Shown: in pieces, positions 37,470-47,740 of the stretch | How positions within the stretch are numbered: the stretch's first letter is position 1 | How the letters are laid out: each line of letters opens with the position of its first letter | Virus record (IMG/VR): IMGVR_UViG_3300030419_006251 | Span: 32,001 to 96,000 of that record | Strand: one strand, 5' to 3' | Origin: a virus | Lineage: Duplodnaviria; Caudoviricetes | Length of the DNA: 64,000 nucleotides | Translations under genes and position numbers: made by a program | The notes under the pieces: model-generated | Seen by the model: the letters and a program-made list of their open reading frames with translations, nothing else | Told to the model about the DNA's origin: nothing | The model's database searches: none

Positions 37470-39374
37470 TTAGCTAGTTGCGCCGGCTTCACCGAGGAGA
37501 CCGCGAACGATAACCAGACCGTACATATCCGGACGGACCATCTTCTTACCGTAGCGCGTCATGACGCCCTTACGGGGTACGAAGTCTTCCGTTCCGAAGA
37601 TTGTAGGTGTGGTCTGCAGCGGCACATAAGGTGCGTATACATACCCACTCTCAAGGAAGCTGTTACCGCGGCGGCCGACGAGGACCACATTACGGGGGAA
37701 GTATGGGTCAACCCAAACATCCCACTTCTTGGAGATAGAGCCAGCGTTAACTGCTCCGACGGTACCCTTATCGGCATCAGCGGTGATGTTAGCGCGGAAA
37801 CCACTTGTGAACTCAAGGATATTAGCAACTTCGGGGCCTACGACCAAGAAGTTAGCTCCACCCCGCAGAGTTTTGCGGTGGATCTGTGCAGACACATCGT
37901 TGATAGTCTCAACAAGAGTCTCATACCACTCGCTAACCGTACCGGTGAAGTCGGGTGCAGCAGAGCTAGCTCCGATTTCAACGCCGGTTTCGCGATTGAG
38001 GAACATACCCGGGGAACGAGCCCAGTAATATGTACCAGCGGTAGCGCCTCTAATAAGGTCGTTAACGATCTCGCGGTCAATCTCAAGAGCAATCTGCTCA
38101 GAGAGAATGCCAGTAAGCTCGACTTCGGCATCAAGGTTGTGATAGGCATTAAGATCCTGTCCCAACTCTGGTGTCCACTTAGCCTTGAGCTTCTTGGTGA
38201 TCGCGGTGATCGCAGACGAATCGACCTTGATGTCAATCTCGGGGATTCCCGGATCATTCTCAAGACCCCAAACATCGGCACCAACAACGGCTCCGAGTGC
38301 TCTCTCGCCAACATTATCGAGATTATCGATGATTGGATAAGAGAACGACTTACCACTGCCACCAGCAACTGCGGCTGTGTCGTTGTTTTCGATCAGCGAG
38401 GCGGCGATTGTTGCAGCGGTGGTGGATCCAACAGCCTGCCAAACCATGATGACAGACGAGGCGCCTTCTTCACCAATCTTGTTGTCGATGTCCATAGAAC
38501 GAATTCCGCCCAAGTCCGAATCCTGACCCACAATATGAGTCAAACGACGAACGAGACGACACTCGCTTCTATCAACATCAGATTCACAACCAGTGGCGCC
38601 AGTACCATCAGGCTTAGAACCAGTAGCTTCGATTGCAACCAAGTTATCAAGGTTGAGGCGAGAACCGCTAGCATGCAACCACTGACCAGAACCAGAAGCT
38701 GCGGTGATAACAACGACCGAACCAGAAAGATCTGGGTCGAAACGAACCAGCTTATCTGCTGTGAGTGTTGTGGATCCACCATGATATCCACTAAATGTGA
38801 ACTCATATGAGGATCCGCCGGCGGTCTTAAGACCATCGCCGATAGTACCCTGCCACACAACATCAAGCTCAAGCTGAGTCGAACCGGTTGGAGACGAGTA
38901 GCCATTGTTCATGGAATAGAATCCGGCTTCCGCGTAAGATCCTGTGAGGCTAACGCCACCCATGATTTCCTGACCAACCTTACCGCCGCCGAAGAGGGAA
39001 GCGTCACCGTCAGAACTACCACGAGGGGAGGTTCCGGGAGTGAACTGGAAGTCTAGGAAGAAGATGAGGCCCGAGGGCAAGCTCATCGGCTGAACAGAAA
39101 CGAGATCGTTGGCAATTAAGCCTCCGAAAACGCGGCGCACGATGGGGAATGCAACAGATGCAAAACCCTCGACATCTCCACCAGCCATGGTAGATGCCTC
39201 GCGCAAAAGCTCCTTAGCTTGGTTTTCAAGCAAACGAGCCATGTTAGAACGAGTGTTATCGCTAGAAAGTCCTTCTAAAAGGCCGGTGCGTTCCCACTTA
39301 GAGAGAAGAGCGCTACCTTCCTTACCGAGATCCCTACTAACAATACCTTCGGTTAGTTTTTTTAAAACAGACAT
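37470..39374 (-). CDS. Major capsid protein (gp23-like)
   Basis: AFPIVRRVF, VSVQPMSLPSGLIFFLDF, KLKAKWTPELGQDL..YH.LDAE.EL, YAPYVPL and GVMTRYG. Confidence 0.95.
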   Translation of the reverse strand: MSVLKKLTEGIVSRDLGKEGSALLSKWERTGLLEGLSSDNTRSNMARLLENQAKELLREASTMAGGDVEGFASVAFPIVRRVFGGLIANDLVSVQPMSLPSGLIFFLDFQFTPGTSPRGSSDGDASLFGGGKVGQEIMGGVSLTGSYAEAGFYSMNNGYSSPTGSTQLELDVVWQGTIGDGLKTAGGSSYEFTFSGYHGGSTTLTADKLVRFDPDLSGSVVVITAASGSGQWLHASGSRLNLDNLVAIEATGSKPDGTGATGCESDVDRSECRLVRRLTHIVGQDSDLGGIRSMDIDNKIGEEGASSVIMVWQAVGSTTAATIAASLIENNDTAAVAGGSGKSFSYPIIDNLDNVGERALGAVVGADVWGLENDPGIPEIDIKVDSSAITAITKKLKAKWTPELGQDLNAYHNLDAEVELTGILSEQIALEIDREIVNDLIRGATAGTYYWARSPGMFLNRETGVEIGASSAAPDFTGTVSEWYETLVETINDVSAQIHRKTLRGGANFLVVGPEVANILEFTSGFRANITADADKGTVGAVNAGSISKKWDVWVDPYFPRNVVLVGRRGNSFLESGYVYAPYVPLQTTPTIFGTEDFVPRKGVMTRYGKKMVRPDMYGLVIVRGLLGEAGATS

Positions 39375-39419
39375 TTATATTTTTTCTCCTTTTTGTATTG
39401 TTTTAGTTTTCACTTTGTG

Positions 39420-40661
39420 CTATTTTAGACCGGCAAGAGCTTTCATCCTATCATATGCTTGCACATCACGGGGTTTCTTTTCTTGTCGTCTGGGAAGTAG
39501 AAGAGAACGATCTCTACTAACTGCTTCGCGAAGTGATTGTGGCTTTTTCTTGCTGGTAGTACCAGCAGTCGAGCCCACAGCGCTTTGAAGTGTTTCGTAA
39601 ATCACTTTTGCTTCTTCTACAGAACCGCACTGTGTGATCGCGTCGACAATTTTATTTCTTTGTCGCTCATTCAGCGAGGGATCGCTTAATACACGGTTCG
39701 TATAAAGTAGTCTAGCATTCGAAAGATTGGCATTTGTTAAATGCTCTTGCATTTTCACTAGTGCCTTCTTAAATTGACCACTTTGGTGTTTGTAATAATT
39801 GACTTCAGTCTGAAGTCTCTTAATTGATTCGTTGACTTCTTCAGATTTTTCCTGCTGTTCTGCTACAGCCATTTCGGCTTGAACAATATCTTCCGCTTCT
39901 TGCATAGCGCCTGTTGGTGTAGTTCTACCACCTAAGCCACTATCCGGAGCGCTGAGATTTGCTCTAATTTCCTCGGCTATTTGTGTAACAAGTTCATCAG
40001 GTATCATCATTTCAGAATCAACTGCTTCTTGTAGTTTTTCAGTACTTAAGTTAAGTACCATATCATCTTTAATTTTATAATCTCTTGTATTTTCCATCAT
40101 TGGTTGTGGAGGGCCGCCACGACCGCCGGGAGCCATCGGGCTCAAACCGGGAGGAAGCGCAGGCGGACCGGGGGGCATGCCGGGCATGCCGGGTGGGCCA
40201 GGAGGTGGCGGAGCCATTCCCATGCCTGCACCTTGCGCCTGTTGCGCCTCAAGTGCTTGCTCTTCTGCATCCACTCGGGCGGCTAATTCATTAAAATCTA
40301 TCTCTACCTCTTGGCCTTCGTCTGGACATGGGCATAAAGGCACATTATCTGCATACGCTAGTGGCGCCACGGGGACATCTGCCATGGCAGCCGGATCTGG
40401 CGGAGGCGTGCCACCGGGGCCCGGGGGCATTCCAGGGGGCATTCCAGGGGGCATTCCCGGAGGACCGCCGGCCATCATAGGGTCCATCATAGGATCGGGC
40501 TCAGGTGGCATGCCAGGAGGCATCCCCTGCTCCAACAAAGACTCTACAGCCTTCTTAACTTCTGGTGCGTACTTTTCTATAATTGATTGTTCGGCACTCT
40601 TAACTGCTGCTTCTCTCAAAGCTGTAGCATCAATAATTGCTTGTTCAAGCAATGTAGACAT
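39420..40661 (-). CDS. Prohead core/scaffolding protein (gp22-like)
   Basis: Immediately upstream of MCP; coiled-coil NLSNARLLYTN, many LxE sites, Pro/Gly/Met low-complexity segments. Confidence 0.7.
   Translation of the reverse strand: MSTLLEQAIIDATALREAAVKSAEQSIIEKYAPEVKKAVESLLEQGMPPGMPPEPDPMMDPMMAGGPPGMPPGMPPGMPPGPGGTPPPDPAAMADVPVAPLAYADNVPLCPCPDEGQEVEIDFNELAARVDAEEQALEAQQAQGAGMGMAPPPPGPPGMPGMPPGPPALPPGLSPMAPGGRGGPPQPMMENTRDYKIKDDMVLNLSTEKLQEAVDSEMMIPDELVTQIAEEIRANLSAPDSGLGGRTTPTGAMQEAEDIVQAEMAVAEQQEKSEEVNESIKRLQTEVNYYKHQSGQFKKALVKMQEHLTNANLSNARLLYTNRVLSDPSLNERQRNKIVDAITQCGSVEEAKVIYETLQSAVGSTAGTTSKKKPQSLREAVSRDRSLLLPRRQEKKPRDVQAYDRMKALAGLK
40423..40458. repeat. 12-bp tandem repeat x3 encoding (GMPP)3
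   Basis: gggggcattcca gggggcattcca gggggcattccc on the + strand. Confidence 0.9.
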
Positions 40662-40762
40662 GTTTTTTTCTCCCGGAATATGTTTATTGCAATAAAGTAT
40701 AATTACTTTTAATCAAAAATAAATAGTATCTCATCTAAGTAAATGCCGATTTTTGATAAGAA

Positions 40763-41908
40763 TTACCTCAAGCCGGCACCTTCGATATCAGAGGTGATAC
40801 ATCTGAGGGCTGCAGTAAAGCCTGTGACTGCCGGATCCAGCGTGGTCCAGGACGATCCGTTGGTGCTATAAGCTACTTGACCGCCGCCGCCGCAAAGAAC
40901 AATAGTGCTGTGATCTGTCGCGATTGAATATATAACATTTGAGCCCCAATCTTCGTCGGTTCCAGTCCACACATTTGTCCAGTTTGTCCCATCCGCACTG
41001 CGCATTAACCTTCCATTGGCGCCGCCGACGATAAATTCGTTAATAGAGCCGGCCGCGAAGACAGCAGAATTCAAATGGTTAGAGCCGCTTTGAGAACTAG
41101 TGCGTTCTGTCCAGTTGACTCCATCATCAGTGCTAGTGGCAAGCTTGTTACCATCCATCACGGCTAACCAAGTGCCGTTGTCAGACTTATATACAATATC
41201 GCGGATTCCTTTGCCGCTGACGACTACGCCCCGATCGGTCCAGTTAACCCCATTATCACTAGTGGTCCAGATGCGATCTTTCAGGCTGAGCAGCCAAACA
41301 TTCGATGTACCACCTTTATGCGCGATACAATACTGGCCAGTGTTAACTGTATTGTCGAGTTCAACAACGGTCCAGTTTGCGCCGCCGTCAGTTGATCTAA
41401 TAAGGCCTTCATAGTTCTGCGGATCTTCGCCGGTTGCGCCCATGAGGTTCGCCATCATCCAGACACCATTTCCATAAGCTGTGGATCTGCCAAAATCTGC
41501 ACCTCTGGGACTTAGACTTGCGCCTGTTGAGCCGATATCAAGACTGAGATTTGGTGTTGTCCAGTTATTAGAATCTGTTAAATCATCGGCAGTGTTTGCA
41601 TATGACATATTAACGCTATTAGTCTTGTTGTTGAACATTATACGCTGATTTCCAGAATTATCTTGCCCAATAGCCGTGCTAACAGCCACAACAGAACCGA
41701 CATCGACGAGTTCAGACCATCCGCCTGAAGCGTTGGCTGTGGTTGTACGAAAGATTTTCCCACCAGAAGAGCCAATATACCATGCGGTGGCCACCGAAGA
41801 AGAGCCCGTCTCCAGACCTATAACTTCGTCCACATTACTCTTCGTGACTCCATTAATCTTTTTTACATCGTCATCTTCAACACCAAGTATTTTATCCCAT
41901 TCCGCCAT
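40763..41908 (-). CDS. BNR/Asp-box beta-propeller protein, putative receptor-binding adhesin
   Basis: RSTDGGANW, TTSDNGVNW, TSTDDGVNW, RSADGTNW and YSTNGSSW; follows the long fibre. Confidence 0.75.
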   Translation of the reverse strand: MAEWDKILGVEDDDVKKINGVTKSNVDEVIGLETGSSSVATAWYIGSSGGKIFRTTTANASGGWSELVDVGSVVAVSTAIGQDNSGNQRIMFNNKTNSVNMSYANTADDLTDSNNWTTPNLSLDIGSTGASLSPRGADFGRSTAYGNGVWMMANLMGATGEDPQNYEGLIRSTDGGANWTVVELDNTVNTGQYCIAHKGGTSNVWLLSLKDRIWTTSDNGVNWTDRGVVVSGKGIRDIVYKSDNGTWLAVMDGNKLATSTDDGVNWTERTSSQSGSNHLNSAVFAAGSINEFIVGGANGRLMRSADGTNWTNVWTGTDEDWGSNVIYSIATDHSTIVLCGGGGQVAYSTNGSSWTTLDPAVTGFTAALRCITSDIEGAGLR

Positions 41909-41918
41909 ACTATGTTCC

Positions 41919-44900
41919 TTAGTCTACCTCGACCCAAGTTCTATCTGGATTAAAGTAAATCAATACATCGCCACCATCATCATCAATCGCATAGCCTACA
42001 ACTCTGACGAAATCGCTCGAACCAGAAGGGGCAGTAAAGTCAAAGTGTCCTGCGGTTGTAGACACATAAACCGGTAGTCCATCAACTGCTCCGGAGCCTG
42101 GAGTGTTAAGGATCTCTGTGCTTGGAATTCTCACATATCCCTCAATCAAAACACCCACTGAGCGTGCAGAGCCTAATCCAACTCCAAGAAGTTGCGATGC
42201 ACCAGTGGCTACGGCATCCGCGTCGGTGGAATCCCAAGTACCATCAGTGTGTAGGAAGTATAGTTGGCCAACTGTGAGACTATCGTCTGCTCCGGGCGAG
42301 TATTTCAAGATCTGGCCACCACCTTGCCCATCAGACATCTGGTTTTCGAAGGTTATTGTGTGGAAGTCTTGCGCAACACTAAGTGCAGTCTTTGGAGCGT
42401 CTACATTCACACCCAAACGGCCCACAGAATCGAGTACCATTTTTTGTGAGGCTGTTGCTGAGTTTCCGGTTCTAAAAGATAACGATGTTGCGTTGCTGGA
42501 GCTAGAGAAGTCGCCTTCTGCTACAGCTGCAATACCTGCGGCGACCAAAACAGCATCAGTGCCGGCGCCTTCGTCTGGGGCTTGGAAAGAAATTTGCCCA
42601 AGAAGGTCTCCATTGGCAATATCGTTGTCGCCAGTTTGGAAGGTTAAAGTAGGAAAGCTGTCATCAGCTGTATTATTGTGTTTGAGAATGAGGCCCACAT
42701 TATGAACATGGGTTAGCTGTATTTCTTCATTCGCCCCGAAGCTAAGAGTCGCTCCATCAGTCAATATCCCCACATCGCCATCAGATTCTATTGCCACCTT
42801 TGTGGTTGCTGCTTCTGATGCTCCAGTCATAAATTGTAGAGTAGTGGCATTGTTGTCGGCAGCAAAGTTTCCTTCGGACACAGCCTGGATGGCCGCGGCT
42901 ACAAGAATTGCATCTGTGCCGGTGCCTTCGTCCGGTGCCTGGAATGCAATCCTGCCCAAAACATCGTCTGCTGCGATGTCCGTATCACCGGTTTGAAGTG
43001 TAAAAGTTGGATATTTATCGTCGGCGGTGGCGTCATGCTTCAGGATTAAGCCAGTGTCAGCGACATGAGTTAGTTTAATCTCGTTATCGTCGCCGAAAGA
43101 AATGTTGGCTCCGTCTGCCAGAAACAGGTCGCTCCACTGAAGTGAAGAAGTACCCAAATAGGCACCGTCTTGGGCATCAGGAGTGATACCGACAGCCACT
43201 TTAACAGTCGTATCGTCGTCTAACCTTAAAGTTTCGGTACCATCATACTGTTTGAATATAATGTCTTTCGCATCGACCTTGTTCTGAATTACAACATCAC
43301 TTGAAGAATTAAAGATTCGCAACATTTCTGTGCCGTCGTCTTCGTAAATGATTCCTGAAGCAGCTGTGCCTGCATCGAGGGTGATTCCGCCTGCAGATTC
43401 AATATTGATCGAGTCGACTGCTGTGCCGTCGGACACGATGTCTAAGTCGCCATCTGCGTTAGAACCAATATATAGCCCAGAGTCCCTAAACTGTAAGCGC
43501 ATAGCAGCGTTAAGCAGCAATGCAGTATCAGCGACATGAGTTAGTGTGACATCACTATCAGCACCAAATTTTATGATAGATCCGTCAGATTTAAGAGATA
43601 AATTATCTCCAACTTCGACATGCCCACCATCGGTAAAGCGAATCACTTCTGTTCCGTCATACTGCTTGAACAAAAAGTCATCACCATTAACTTTAAGTTG
43701 CATAACGACCGCGCCGCCCACTCCATCCATATCAAGCGTCAACTGCGATGTGCCGCCATCTTGGAAGTCGATATCGCCAGTGGCAGAATCCAAAGTAATT
43801 GCGCCATCGGAATCAAGCGTTATTGGGTTCGCCGCAATGGTTAATCCAGTTGTACCATCATGAGTAAATGTGGCGTCCTTGCCGGCGCCCAACCCAAGCA
43901 CAGCACTATCTGTTAACAAATATACATCATTACCTATAATGGCGTCTTTTGCAACGCTTAGGCCACCATCAGTTTGTAAAGAGCCGTCGGTGGTGCTAGT
44001 TGCGTCTGTAGCATCATCTGTAATAATTCTGCCAGAAACAGTCAATAAACCAGCGGAAGAAAGGCTCATTTTTTCGGCTGCGGCTTCTGAAGCTCCCGTC
44101 ATAAACTCTAATCTTGTAGCGTTGCTTGACGAGGAATGATCGCCCTCTGCCACCGCTTGAATTGCAGCAGAAACGAGAACAGCGTCTGTTCCTGTTCCTT
44201 CGTCTGGAGCTTGGAATGCAATCTTACCGATGACATCGTTTGCTGCCATGTCGGTTTCACCAGTTGCCAGCGTAAGCACGATTGGCTTGTCATCGGCGGT
44301 GGCCGTATGTTTGAGCGTCAAGCCAGTATCTGCGACATGCGTTAGTGTAATTTCGTTATCGTCTCCAAAAGAAATAACCGCGGCGTCGGCCAAGAACAGA
44401 TCGCTCCACTGTAGTGATGAGGTACCTAAATAGGCGCCATCTTGAACATCTGGAGTGATGCCCACGGCCACTTTAACTGTTGTATCGTCGTCAATACGAA
44501 GAGCTTCAGTACCGTCATATTGCTGGAATATTATATCTTTTGCATCTTGGAGGGGCTTTATGACAACATCACCACTGCTATTGGCAATATTTAGCTTATT
44601 TCCCACTAAGCCTAAAGAAGCATTATCTTCAATACGAATCACTTCTGTACCATCATATTGAGAGAAGACCATATCGTCTGAATCAACGGCTGGTTTCATA
44701 ATAACTTCGCCGGCTGTGCCGTCTAGATCAAATGCGATTTGATCGGTACCGCCATCTTGAAGTTTGATGTCTCCAGTTGTTGAGTTGAGATGTAGCTCGC
44801 CGGTTGAATCAATCGAAATTGGCGTTGCTGCGATTGTAAGGCCGGTTGTGCCATCGTGAGTCAAAGTGGCATCATTTCCAGCACCCATATTAATAACACA

Positions 44901-47447
44901 CGAGTCTGATGTTAGCGAAAGATCATCACCAACTGTAAGATCTGTAGCTACTTTAACTGTTGTATCGTCGTCAAGCCTGAGAGTTTCAGTGCCGTCGTAT
45001 TGCTGGAATACAATGTCTTTCGCATCAACCTTATTTTGGATTAGAACATCGCCTGAATCATTGTGGATTCGTAACATTTCTGTCCCATCATCTTCGTAAA
45101 TGATTCCCGAGCCGGCTGTACCTGCGTCGAGAGTAATTCCACCTGCAGATTCAATATTGATCGAATCAACGGCAGTACCATCAGATACAATGTCCAAGTC
45201 GCCGTCCGCGTTTGAATAAATGTAAAGGCCACTATCTCTAAAGTTTAATTTATTGCCGCCATTAACTACAATCGATGATTCGCTACCATCCATAACCATG
45301 AAAGTGATATCTGTGGTGTTATCTGTTCCTTTGAAAACGATATCACTATTGCCTTCGGCAGCATCAATTGTAATATTGCCCTCGGTTGTCGTAATAACGA
45401 CTGCGGCGTCACCGGCGCTAATATCGTCTGCTGCGGTCGAGCCGCCGCCGCTCGAACCCGCTGCTGCCCACGAAAGCACACCCGAACCATTGGTTGTAAG
45501 TTGTTGTCCGTTCGAACCATCTGCTGTCGGCAGTGTATATGTAATATCTCCAGATTGAGCACCAACCTTAAAGGCTGTATAGTTAGTACCATCGTCACTG
45601 TCTTCGTAAATTCTTAACTCGCCCGAGCCGGCGCTTCCATTTGCAATTGCAACATAGCCGCCATCATTGACTTCGAGAATTGTCCTACCGTCATATTGGT
45701 TGAACTTAAGGTCCTTCGCATCTGTTAGGGCTTGAAAAACCGCGTCACCAGAGCTATTTGCAATTTTTACATAATCTGTAGTATCGTCTTTGAAAGCAAC
45801 ATGGCCACCATCAGCATTAAGGAAAATGTTACCAGCAACATCAAGAGTAAGATCCCCGGACGAAAGGTCTATTTCTGTTCCGTCAATTGTAATGTTGTCT
45901 ACAACAATTCCAGCGTTTGAGGTAATTGCTCCACCAGAAGTAATCGTGCTTGTTGTGGTAATGGTATCTACGAAAGCATCTTTCCAGCGAACACCAGTTG
46001 TCCCTAAGTCAACATCGCTGTCGGTTTGTGGCCCAAAAACTCCGTCGGCAACATAAACTTGTTCTGCGTTTGCGGCATAAAAATGAATTTCATCCGCAGT
46101 TTCAAAATCGATTTTGGTCTGATCATCCTCGCCAATTTTAATGTCCTCCGCAAGCAGGGAAGTAATTGTCGTTTGAGCAGCGCTAATTGCTAAATCAATC
46201 GTGTTATCACCATCTTGATATGTCGCAGTTAAGCCAGTCTCTGTGTTGCTGGAAAACATTGCGCCGGCAGTGTCAGCAATCACTTCTGCTAAAGCTGTCC
46301 CATCTACCGTAATTGCATCGGCTTCGAGGGTGCCATCAATATCAGCGTTTCCGCTAATATCAAGAGTTGCCGCATCAAGCTCGCCGGCGATAGTAACATT
46401 GCCAGAACTGTCCACAGTCAACCGATCGGTATTTCCGCCGGCATCGATGCGCAATTTGTCGGTGCTGTGGTCATAGTAAAGCATTCCCGACGCGGCTGCG
46501 GCGTTATCGCCAAACTCAATGAGAGCGATATTGTTGGCCGAGCCTACGAACTGCAGCGCAGGCCGTGCATCATCTTCAATGATGATTGGCGCGTTGCTTG
46601 AATAGGTGCCGCCACTTGAGGAGTCTCGCTTCGCGTGTATTTCGGCTTCAGCTTGCTCTGTGCCTGCACCTATGCGTTCGACCGATAAGTTAGCAGGCGT
46701 AAACGACAGGTCGCCAGTAGAAGCGCCCGTTGCCGTGGTAGTCGCCAGCACAAACTCGTCGCGCGACTCGTCCCAGAGGATCGCTGCATTGTTCCCGGTT
46801 GAGCCGCGCTCAATAATAATGCCACTATCAGCGCCAGTGCTGGCGCCAGTCGCCAACTCAATCAGTCTATCTTCTATTACCGTATTTGTTGTAGAAAGAG
46901 TTGTTGTTGTGCCGTTGACTGTAAGGTTTCCTGCGACAGTGACATTTTGGGAACTATCTATAAGTAAGGCGTCGGTACCAGCCGTTCTAATCGCCATGCC
47001 TCTGGAGCCATGATCATACTTAATATAAGATTCGTCTGGATCGCTAGAATCTGGGAAGTATAACCCGACGACATGAATCGAGCCTCCCAATATAGATATG
47101 CCGGCGTTGCCGTCGCTCTCAACTACCAATTCGTCTGCTTTTGCATCAATACTTGTAATGCCGCTGTCTGCGGTCTTAACATGGAGTTTACCTAATGGTG
47201 TAGATTCTCCAATTCCTACTCTATCAGCGGATGCATCAACAACAAGCATGTTATCATCAGCCAATCCTTTGACTACAAAATCATAACTACTGCCATCTGT
47301 ATTTAATGTAGTGGGGCCATATACATTAAGTGTGCTGGAGCCAGAAACCGTCAAAGATCCCGTAACTGCAGTGTCTCCGTAAATCGTCAAAGAGCCCGTA
47401 ACTTGGGCGCCTGCAGACGATGATAAGTGTGATGAATATACAGGCAT
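41919..47447 (-). CDS. Long tail fibre (1842 aa) with internal module repeats
   Basis: Gly/Thr/Asp-rich beta repeats, duplicated modules, C-terminal knob (GLPVYVSTTAG...VRVVGYA). Confidence 0.8.
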   Translation of the reverse strand: MPVYSSHLSSSAGAQVTGSLTIYGDTAVTGSLTVSGSSTLNVYGPTTLNTDGSSYDFVVKGLADDNMLVVDASADRVGIGESTPLGKLHVKTADSGITSIDAKADELVVESDGNAGISILGGSIHVVGLYFPDSSDPDESYIKYDHGSRGMAIRTAGTDALLIDSSQNVTVAGNLTVNGTTTTLSTTNTVIEDRLIELATGASTGADSGIIIERGSTGNNAAILWDESRDEFVLATTTATGASTGDLSFTPANLSVERIGAGTEQAEAEIHAKRDSSSGGTYSSNAPIIIEDDARPALQFVGSANNIALIEFGDNAAAASGMLYYDHSTDKLRIDAGGNTDRLTVDSSGNVTIAGELDAATLDISGNADIDGTLEADAITVDGTALAEVIADTAGAMFSSNTETGLTATYQDGDNTIDLAISAAQTTITSLLAEDIKIGEDDQTKIDFETADEIHFYAANAEQVYVADGVFGPQTDSDVDLGTTGVRWKDAFVDTITTTSTITSGGAITSNAGIVVDNITIDGTEIDLSSGDLTLDVAGNIFLNADGGHVAFKDDTTDYVKIANSSGDAVFQALTDAKDLKFNQYDGRTILEVNDGGYVAIANGSAGSGELRIYEDSDDGTNYTAFKVGAQSGDITYTLPTADGSNGQQLTTNGSGVLSWAAAGSSGGGSTAADDISAGDAAVVITTTEGNITIDAAEGNSDIVFKGTDNTTDITFMVMDGSESSIVVNGGNKLNFRDSGLYIYSNADGDLDIVSDGTAVDSINIESAGGITLDAGTAGSGIIYEDDGTEMLRIHNDSGDVLIQNKVDAKDIVFQQYDGTETLRLDDDTTVKVATDLTVGDDLSLTSDSCVINMGAGNDATLTHDGTTGLTIAATPISIDSTGELHLNSTTGDIKLQDGGTDQIAFDLDGTAGEVIMKPAVDSDDMVFSQYDGTEVIRIEDNASLGLVGNKLNIANSSGDVVIKPLQDAKDIIFQQYDGTEALRIDDDTTVKVAVGITPDVQDGAYLGTSSLQWSDLFLADAAVISFGDDNEITLTHVADTGLTLKHTATADDKPIVLTLATGETDMAANDVIGKIAFQAPDEGTGTDAVLVSAAIQAVAEGDHSSSSNATRLEFMTGASEAAAEKMSLSSAGLLTVSGRIITDDATDATSTTDGSLQTDGGLSVAKDAIIGNDVYLLTDSAVLGLGAGKDATFTHDGTTGLTIAANPITLDSDGAITLDSATGDIDFQDGGTSQLTLDMDGVGGAVVMQLKVNGDDFLFKQYDGTEVIRFTDGGHVEVGDNLSLKSDGSIIKFGADSDVTLTHVADTALLLNAAMRLQFRDSGLYIGSNADGDLDIVSDGTAVDSINIESAGGITLDAGTAASGIIYEDDGTEMLRIFNSSSDVVIQNKVDAKDIIFKQYDGTETLRLDDDTTVKVAVGITPDAQDGAYLGTSSLQWSDLFLADGANISFGDDNEIKLTHVADTGLILKHDATADDKYPTFTLQTGDTDIAADDVLGRIAFQAPDEGTGTDAILVAAAIQAVSEGNFAADNNATTLQFMTGASEAATTKVAIESDGDVGILTDGATLSFGANEEIQLTHVHNVGLILKHNNTADDSFPTLTFQTGDNDIANGDLLGQISFQAPDEGAGTDAVLVAAGIAAVAEGDFSSSSNATSLSFRTGNSATASQKMVLDSVGRLGVNVDAPKTALSVAQDFHTITFENQMSDGQGGGQILKYSPGADDSLTVGQLYFLHTDGTWDSTDADAVATGASQLLGVGLGSARSVGVLIEGYVRIPSTEILNTPGSGAVDGLPVYVSTTAGHFDFTAPSGSSDFVRVVGYAIDDDGGDVLIYFNPDRTWVEVD
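42440..45250 (-). repeat. Interspersed internal repeats in the fibre gene
   Basis: FRDSGLYI.SNADGDLDIV...TVKVA x2 (about 43200-43500 and 44950-45245); GITPD.QDGAYLGTSSLQWSDLFLAD x2; TG..D.A..D..G.I.FQAPDEG.GTDA x3. Confidence 0.85.
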
Positions 47448-47740
47448 TAGTCTTCTACCTCCTCAAGAACAAATTTATACTTCTTGCCGGTTTTGTTGTT
47501 CGTTATTGATAAATAGTCTTCTTCCTCAACTATTGACCAGCTACCACGATCATTTTCTAAGTGCAAATCTCCTGTATGAAAGTTGTTGACATATATATGA
47601 TCCCATCGCCTCTCGTCGTCGCCCAGATCGCAAGAAGTACCAGTTGCTGGCACTAGAGAATTGCGCATAATCTTGATATTATCTTTGCCCGTAGGGCGGA
47701 TACCTTCTGCGTCATCAGCGTACTTTATTCGTCTAGCCAT
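47447..47740 (-). CDS. Small tail-fibre-associated protein
   Basis: C-terminal TGDLHLENDRGSWSIVEEEDYL...GKKYK, paralogous to the end of the 47740..48786 product. Confidence 0.65.
   Translation of the reverse strand: MARRIKYADDAEGIRPTGKDNIKIMRNSLVPATGTSCDLGDDERRWDHIYVNNFHTGDLHLENDRGSWSIVEEEDYLSITNNKTGKKYKFVLEEVED

Noticed and set aside
37377-38810. 477-aa + strand ORF
   Set aside because: Exact antisense shadow of the major capsid gene, with no motifs or SD; explained by codon bias of a highly expressed gene
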